Positions 23,860 through 28,469 of a stretch of DNA of 28,469 bases are shown here, piece by piece (position 1 is the first letter of the stretch; every line of letters starts with the position of its first letter). A model generated the notes under the pieces. The model had not been told where the DNA came from. It saw only the letters and a list, made by a program, of their open reading frames with translations, and searched no databases. A program made the position numbers and the translations under genes. Origin of the DNA: a virus (taxonomy: Duplodnaviria > Caudoviricetes); IMG/VR virus record IMGVR_UViG_3300021082_000082, positions 1-28,469 of that record. One strand, 5' to 3'.

Positions 23860-26036
23860 CCGAGCATGCCGAAAATGTACAAACATTGTTTGAGCCCAAC
23901 ACCGCAGCGATGCGCGAGCATCTGGAACACTTGTTCGGAGGATACCTCGACGGCAACCAGGACGGCTTGATTGAACTGGCCTGGACCGACGCCCAGCCCA
24001 ATGCCGAGGGTCGTTACCCGTTGCGCCATGCCAGCATGTTCGGCACTGACCAGATCGACAGCCTGATCGCCAAGGCGAGCACACTCAACCGGCAACACAA
24101 TTGCAACGTCTACGTGGGTGCCGCCCTACGCAAGCCCGGCACCTTTCCCGGCGGACGCGCCAGTGCCGCCGATGTCCTCGCCCTGACTTGCGCCTATGCC
24201 GACCTCGATGACAAGGACGTGGCTTCGGTGGCAAGGCAGCGGTGGGGCAATGCCACGCCGACCAAGATCGTGGTGACCGGGACCGAGCCACACCTGCGCG
24301 CGCAACTGTGGTGGCGCCTCGACGAGCCGATCACCGACCAGCAACAATCCGAAATATTGCTGAAAGGGATCGCTACAACGATGCACGGCGACAGCACCGT
24401 CACCGATGCGCCGCGGGTGATGCGACTTGCTGGTTCAATAGCCTGGCCGATGAAGCCCGACCGCAAGCGACCTGAGCTTACTCGCATCTCACGCATCAAG
24501 GAGGTCGGCCAGCCGATCTACAGCCTGCAGCATTTGGTGCGAACGTTCCCACCAATTGGTGGCGGTGAGACTGGTGACATCAAGTTCACCACCGACGATG
24601 GCGTCAAGCGCGGTGCCGATGTGTTCGGGCTGCAGGCCAAGGTCGAAGATGGCCGCGAACGCTACATGATGAAGACGGCGAATGCCGTCTTGATTGAATT
24701 AATAGGCATCACCGGTAAGGCGCCCACCGCACAGGAATTATTTGATGCCGCCTGGCCGCAATATGAGCGCTCAACCGACCTGACTCGTTCCGGCCGCGGC
24801 CAGAAGGAATTTGCTGCCAAGTGCATATACACGGTGAAACGCTTTCTCGATGGTAAGATCAAAGGCTGCGAGACGATCGAAGTGGTGCAGGCCTTGTACC
24901 GGCAGCGGCAGCAGGCACGGGGGCAGGATCATGGTAGCGCCCACCAGGCGCACGATTACAGCGCCGACTTCGATCAGGCCCAGGCGCAGGCCAGCGCCAA
25001 AACCGATCTGTTTGAATATTTGACGATCGAACAAATTCTATCGCTGCCGCCGCCGAAATGGCTGATCGAGAAACTGATCATTGAACAAGCTGTCGGCTTT
25101 ATCTTTGGCCCACCCGGCTCGCTCAAGACGTTCGTGGCCCTCGATATAGCGATGTCGATCGCCACGCAGCGGGCCAATTGGTGGGATTACAACGTCGCTC
25201 GCCATGGCACAGTGATCTACATCCTCAATGAGGGCGTCTTAAGCGTCCCGCACCGGCTCAAGGTGTGGGAGCAGCACCGCCAGACAGCTATTGCAAACAC
25301 TTCATTTCGTCTCATCCGGCAATCGATCAACTTCATGCGGGTGGAAGACGTCGGCAAGCTTTTAGCTACCGTGCAAGCAATCATCGATGAAACAGGTCCA
25401 GTGGTGGCGGTGTTTGTCGATACGGTCAGTCGCGTGCTGCCTGGCGCCAAGGAGAACCAGCAAGAGGACATGAGCCTGTTCATCGCCGCCTGCGATGCGG
25501 TCAAGGACCGGTTCGGCGCCACGGTCATCGGCGTGCACCACACCAACTATGCCGGCGGGTTCCGCGGCTCGACGGTAATGCCGGCCGCTGGTGCCTTTCT
25601 CATCGAAACAAGGCGCGAACCCGGCGCCATGTCTGGTTCAATCTACGCCTTGAAGGTGAAAGATGGCGAAGATGGCTGGGAGCGATTTTTCACGGTCAGC
25701 AAGATCACCTTGGCCGATGCCGGCCAAACGACCTCGTTGATGGTCGATGGTGTTAGCCAGGAACCCCTGAAGAAAGAAAGCGATGCGTGGCCCGATCGGG
25801 ACACATTGCGCAAAATCCTCGCCGCCATCGATGGGCAATGGCACAAGCAACAACCATGGTGTTTCTCCAAGAACACCCCACGCAATGCGGTCAACAACAT
25901 CATGCTGCGGTGGCGGCTGAAGCGGAAAATTGTCGAGGACATCCTGGCTGAGTGGAACGCCAACGACATCATCGCCGAGGAGATATGCGATGCCCAAAAC
26001 CATGTGAAGGGCTATCGGAAATTGGTCGATTTATAG
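23856..26036 (+). CDS. Primase-helicase (RepB-like primase + AAA_25/RepA-like helicase)
   Basis: N-terminal NVYVG...YADLD...QLWWRL...D.PRVMRLAGS; Walker A GPPGSLKT; Walker B VFVDT; VIGVHH; FRGST. Confidence 0.85.
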   Translation: MTEHAENVQTLFEPNTAAMREHLEHLFGGYLDGNQDGLIELAWTDAQPNAEGRYPLRHASMFGTDQIDSLIAKASTLNRQHNCNVYVGAALRKPGTFPGGRASAADVLALTCAYADLDDKDVASVARQRWGNATPTKIVVTGTEPHLRAQLWWRLDEPITDQQQSEILLKGIATTMHGDSTVTDAPRVMRLAGSIAWPMKPDRKRPELTRISRIKEVGQPIYSLQHLVRTFPPIGGGETGDIKFTTDDGVKRGADVFGLQAKVEDGRERYMMKTANAVLIELIGITGKAPTAQELFDAAWPQYERSTDLTRSGRGQKEFAAKCIYTVKRFLDGKIKGCETIEVVQALYRQRQQARGQDHGSAHQAHDYSADFDQAQAQASAKTDLFEYLTIEQILSLPPPKWLIEKLIIEQAVGFIFGPPGSLKTFVALDIAMSIATQRANWWDYNVARHGTVIYILNEGVLSVPHRLKVWEQHRQTAIANTSFRLIRQSINFMRVEDVGKLLATVQAIIDETGPVVAVFVDTVSRVLPGAKENQQEDMSLFIAACDAVKDRFGATVIGVHHTNYAGGFRGSTVMPAAGAFLIETRREPGAMSGSIYALKVKDGEDGWERFFTVSKITLADAGQTTSLMVDGVSQEPLKKESDAWPDRDTLRKILAAIDGQWHKQQPWCFSKNTPRNAVNNIMLRWRLKRKIVEDILAEWNANDIIAEEICDAQNHVKGYRKLVDL

Positions 26037-26044
26037 GAATAAAA

Positions 26045-26222
26045 GCGGCGAAAGTAAAACGAAAGTGACGCGAGGGTCTCTGCAAGTTATTGATATTACA
26101 GACGAAACGAAAATGACGAAGATGAGGAAGTGCCAATGAAAGATATTGATGTTGCTGGCGAATTTGAAACGAAGATGTCTACCCCTACGGGGCAAGGGGC
26201 GCACTTTCGTCGCGCCCTTGCT
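26045..26222. other. Putative replication origin (iterons, IHF site, hairpins)
   Basis: RCGAA(A/G)-type 9-mer repeats at 26048, 26059, 26107, 26116, 26169 and inverted at 26202; IHF consensus TATCAATAACTTG on the minus strand (26095-26083); directly after the primase-helicase. Confidence 0.55.
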
Positions 26223-26837
26223 GGGGGTGAAAAAACGCGACGAGAAACCACGGTGATAAAACGCGACACCTACGGCACCTACATCGCCGGTCGGGCACAT
26301 ATCGATATCGCTGACGCTGTGGCGATTGAGATGGAATTCAAGTGGGGCTGCGGTCGTCTCAGACTGCTGGTGTCAGCGGAACTCTGCGAACGGTTCGACC
26401 GGCAACGCTATCTGTGGAACCAAGCGATCTGGCACGGCGACCTCGAGATGGTCCGCCGCGAGGCGTCAAGGATGATCGCAGCCTGGCGTAAGCTCGATCA
26501 GGCGGCAAGCCAAAGCGGTGCCGCGCCACTCGCCCCAACAGTCTGGGAAATCACGCTCGGCGATGGCACCGTCGCGGCAATCGTGCCCGACAACATCCAA
26601 GCCCACGCCGTGGTGGCGCAGGGCCGCAAGGTCGCGGTCTATGCGCTGGACGAGATCGGCCGCATGCTCGATGACTATCGCGCCGTCTCTGAGGCCAAGC
26701 TGACCTTCCCTGGCGCTACAGTCGAAGCAATCCGCCGACCAGCCAACGATAGCGATCCGCTCAATGCCATCGTTGACACCAAGCCGCACCTCGACGCACC
26801 AATGGACGATCCGATACCGTCATTCTCGGGGGCGTGA
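26130..26837 (+). CDS. Hypothetical protein (true start probably downstream, e.g. GTG 26253)
   Basis: Globular core EMEFKWGCGRLRLLV...RFDRQ...FPGATV; acidic DDPIP tail; GTGA overlap with the next gene. The 5' part overlaps the origin-like repeats. Confidence 0.65.
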   Translation: MPMKDIDVAGEFETKMSTPTGQGAHFRRALAGGEKTRRETTVIKRDTYGTYIAGRAHIDIADAVAIEMEFKWGCGRLRLLVSAELCERFDRQRYLWNQAIWHGDLEMVRREASRMIAAWRKLDQAASQSGAAPLAPTVWEITLGDGTVAAIVPDNIQAHAVVAQGRKVAVYALDEIGRMLDDYRAVSEAKLTFPGATVEAIRRPANDSDPLNAIVDTKPHLDAPMDDPIPSFSGA

Positions 26838-27346
26838 TCCACATGGCTAAGCGCAAGGCAATGGCGCGGCGTGAAGGCTCAGGCAAAATCCGTCGCCCGC
26901 CAACATTGCCAAGCCCGATCGAGGTGGTGCGGCTGCGCGACGCCGCATTGATGGGATTGCGCGATGCCGTCTGGGGCTCATCGCTCGGCTGGCTGTTCCT
27001 CAACGGCAAGATCAACGCCAGTGAGTTCGCCGCAGGCAAACACTGGTTGGTGCTGGCAACCAACTACGCCAGCGCCCTGCAGGCGCCACGCCAGCCGGGA
27101 ACGGCCAAGCTGGACGCCATGGGCGGCACACCGCCCGATCCCGATAGCGATGCTGGCCAGAAGCAGGCCCGCAGAGAGGTTTCCGCAATTGCGGACTACC
27201 TTGAGGCCCTCGCAGTCCTCAAACGCTATCCAGGCACGGTTCTGGCCGAAGTACAGGCCGTCTGCGAACAGGGCTCGGTGCCAGGCGGCATCGTCGAACT
27301 GCACCGCCTGCGAACAGGCCTCACCGCATTGGGGACGCGGCGATGA
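26834..27346 (+). CDS. DUF6456-like putative late-gene regulator / antiterminator
   Basis: SSLGWLFLNGKINASEFAAG...LRTGLTAL resembles DUF6456; it occupies the Q-like position before the late promoter and terS. Confidence 0.55.
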   Translation: MIHMAKRKAMARREGSGKIRRPPTLPSPIEVVRLRDAALMGLRDAVWGSSLGWLFLNGKINASEFAAGKHWLVLATNYASALQAPRQPGTAKLDAMGGTPPDPDSDAGQKQARREVSAIADYLEALAVLKRYPGTVLAEVQAVCEQGSVPGGIVELHRLRTGLTALGTRR

Positions 27347-27561
27347 CCGACATCGTTGAACGGCTGCGCGACGGGTACGCCGACAAGGCACTAACCAAAG
27401 ACATAATCGATGAGGCCGCCGACGAGATCGAGCGGCTGCGTGATACGCTGGTCGAGATCGATGAACTCGTCGAGGAGTACGCTGACGCTGACGATGGCCA
27501 GCCAAATCTCGCAATGAGGATCATGACCATGGTGCGCGAAATCATCGCGCCGCGCGGTTAG
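27343..27561 (+). CDS. Hypothetical phage protein
   Basis: MTDIVERLR...EAADEIERLR motif common in small phage proteins; ATGA overlap. Confidence 0.7.
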   Translation: MTDIVERLRDGYADKALTKDIIDEAADEIERLRDTLVEIDELVEEYADADDGQPNLAMRIMTMVREIIAPRG

Positions 27562-27572
27562 GACATGTCTCA

Positions 27573-27602
27573 TTTACATTTGCGCGCAAATCACCGTAAT
27601 GT
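27573..27602 (+). promoter_or_regulatory. Putative late promoter with palindromic spacer
   Basis: TTTACA - 18 bp - TAATGT; perfect palindrome ATTTGCGCGCAAAT at 27578-27591. Confidence 0.55.
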
Positions 27603-27620
27603 CCGATAGGCATGGTGAAC

Positions 27621-27646
27621 AACTCCGCAGAGATGCGGGGTTTTTT
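27621..27646 (+). terminator. Rho-independent terminator
   Basis: aactccgca-gaga-tgcggggtt stem-loop running into a T6 tract. Confidence 0.75.
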
Positions 27647-27732
27647 GTGTGTGGAGTGTGCGGTTGATTAGGTGATTGCCTAACACATGCGCGTGTTTGC
27701 ATAACGTGCGTATGAGTTTAGTATGATCGGTC

Positions 27733-28113
27733 ATGCCGTTTCAAAAAGGCAACAACGCTAATCCGCTCGGACGACGCGCTGAGAAGCCGTTCCACGATGC
27801 GTTGTCCATGGAGCTTGCTGCTGCTGGCAATAACAATCAGGCGCTGCGTGGCATCGCGCGCAACCTGATCAAGCAGGCGCAGCGCGACACATTGCAGGCA
27901 TTGCCGGCGATTACTGCGATTGCGGATCGATTGGATGGCCGACCATCGCAGGAATCGATGGTTACGGTCGTGAAACGCGACGCCAGCGATTGGACACGCG
28001 ACGAACTGGTGGCGTTTCTGCAGGATGCGGCGTCGTTGCAGCAGCTCGAGGTCAAGACGATCGAGGCGCAACCGATTGAAACACAACGCGAACAGGATGA
28101 GGAAAAGTCCTAA
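27733..28113 (+). CDS. terS: Putative terminase small subunit (DUF5681-like N-terminus)
   Basis: MPFQKGNNANPLGR N-terminus, IADRLDGRP, WTRDEL; first gene after the late promoter/terminator. Confidence 0.65.
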   Translation: MPFQKGNNANPLGRRAEKPFHDALSMELAAAGNNNQALRGIARNLIKQAQRDTLQALPAITAIADRLDGRPSQESMVTVVKRDASDWTRDELVAFLQDAASLQQLEVKTIEAQPIETQREQDEEKS

Positions 28114-28469
28114 CATCGTATCCCAGTTGCATCCCAGTTCGCCTTAATCAGACGACGTCATCAACAACATCAATGGCTTACGCTTCAATACCATCTGTCT
28201 ACCAAACAGGTGGCCTGTTCGTCCCTTCACCCCAGGGGTGACCGGACGCGCACTCGTTCACGTTTTTTTCTTTCGCCACGACGATCGACCCTGCAATCGT
28301 CCAGGAAATCAGACCCCCCGGGGGTATGTCCCCTTTTTAAAGGGAACCCATCTCGCCCAGCCTAGGGACCCAGAACACGCGAGCTAAGGCCTCACCCACG
28401 GAAAAGGACTAGACGCCGCCACAGCGCGTTTCCTATGCTGCGGGCTACCTGGACAGCCTCGATGCGATT

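Noticed and set aside
28256-28270. Alphaproteobacterial LexA box (GTTC-N7-GTTC)
   Set aside because: It reads GTTC-N7-TTTC, has a mismatch and is not upstream of a recognisable gene in the window.

Overview
A contiguous segment of a temperate tailed phage, probably podovirus-like, with an alphaproteobacterial (likely Rhizobiales) host inferred from a phage-encoded GcrA. No host genes are visible. From left to right: the 3' part of a putative DNA-ejection protein; about 12.6 kb of tail fibre/tailspike genes (tail-collar, SPRY, SGNH esterase, beta-helix, two paralogous fibres and a chaperone); putative holin and GH24 endolysin; an apparently intact attP-like region with a P4-type tyrosine integrase; a leftward early operon; a cI/cro switch; GcrA, VRR-NUC, PD-(D/E)XK nuclease, SSB-like and primase-helicase genes with a likely origin; a DUF6456-like late regulator with a promoter/terminator unit; and a terminase small subunit-like gene. 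The standout is a three-gene, translationally coupled cassette at the end of the leftward operon (17052-18375). It encodes a TGT/DpdA-like transglycosylase, a miniature 81-aa QueF-L-like T-fold protein and a YhhQ/VUT transporter, which together suggest a minimal, salvage-based 7-deazaguanine DNA modification system. Also notable are a repressor whose S24 catalytic dyad looks substituted (S->T, K->R), a WAGGA-N4-TCCTW operator-like motif shared by the switch, PL and attP regions, and recombination scars in the tail-fibre module. All family calls come from motif recognition by eye; no database searches were run.
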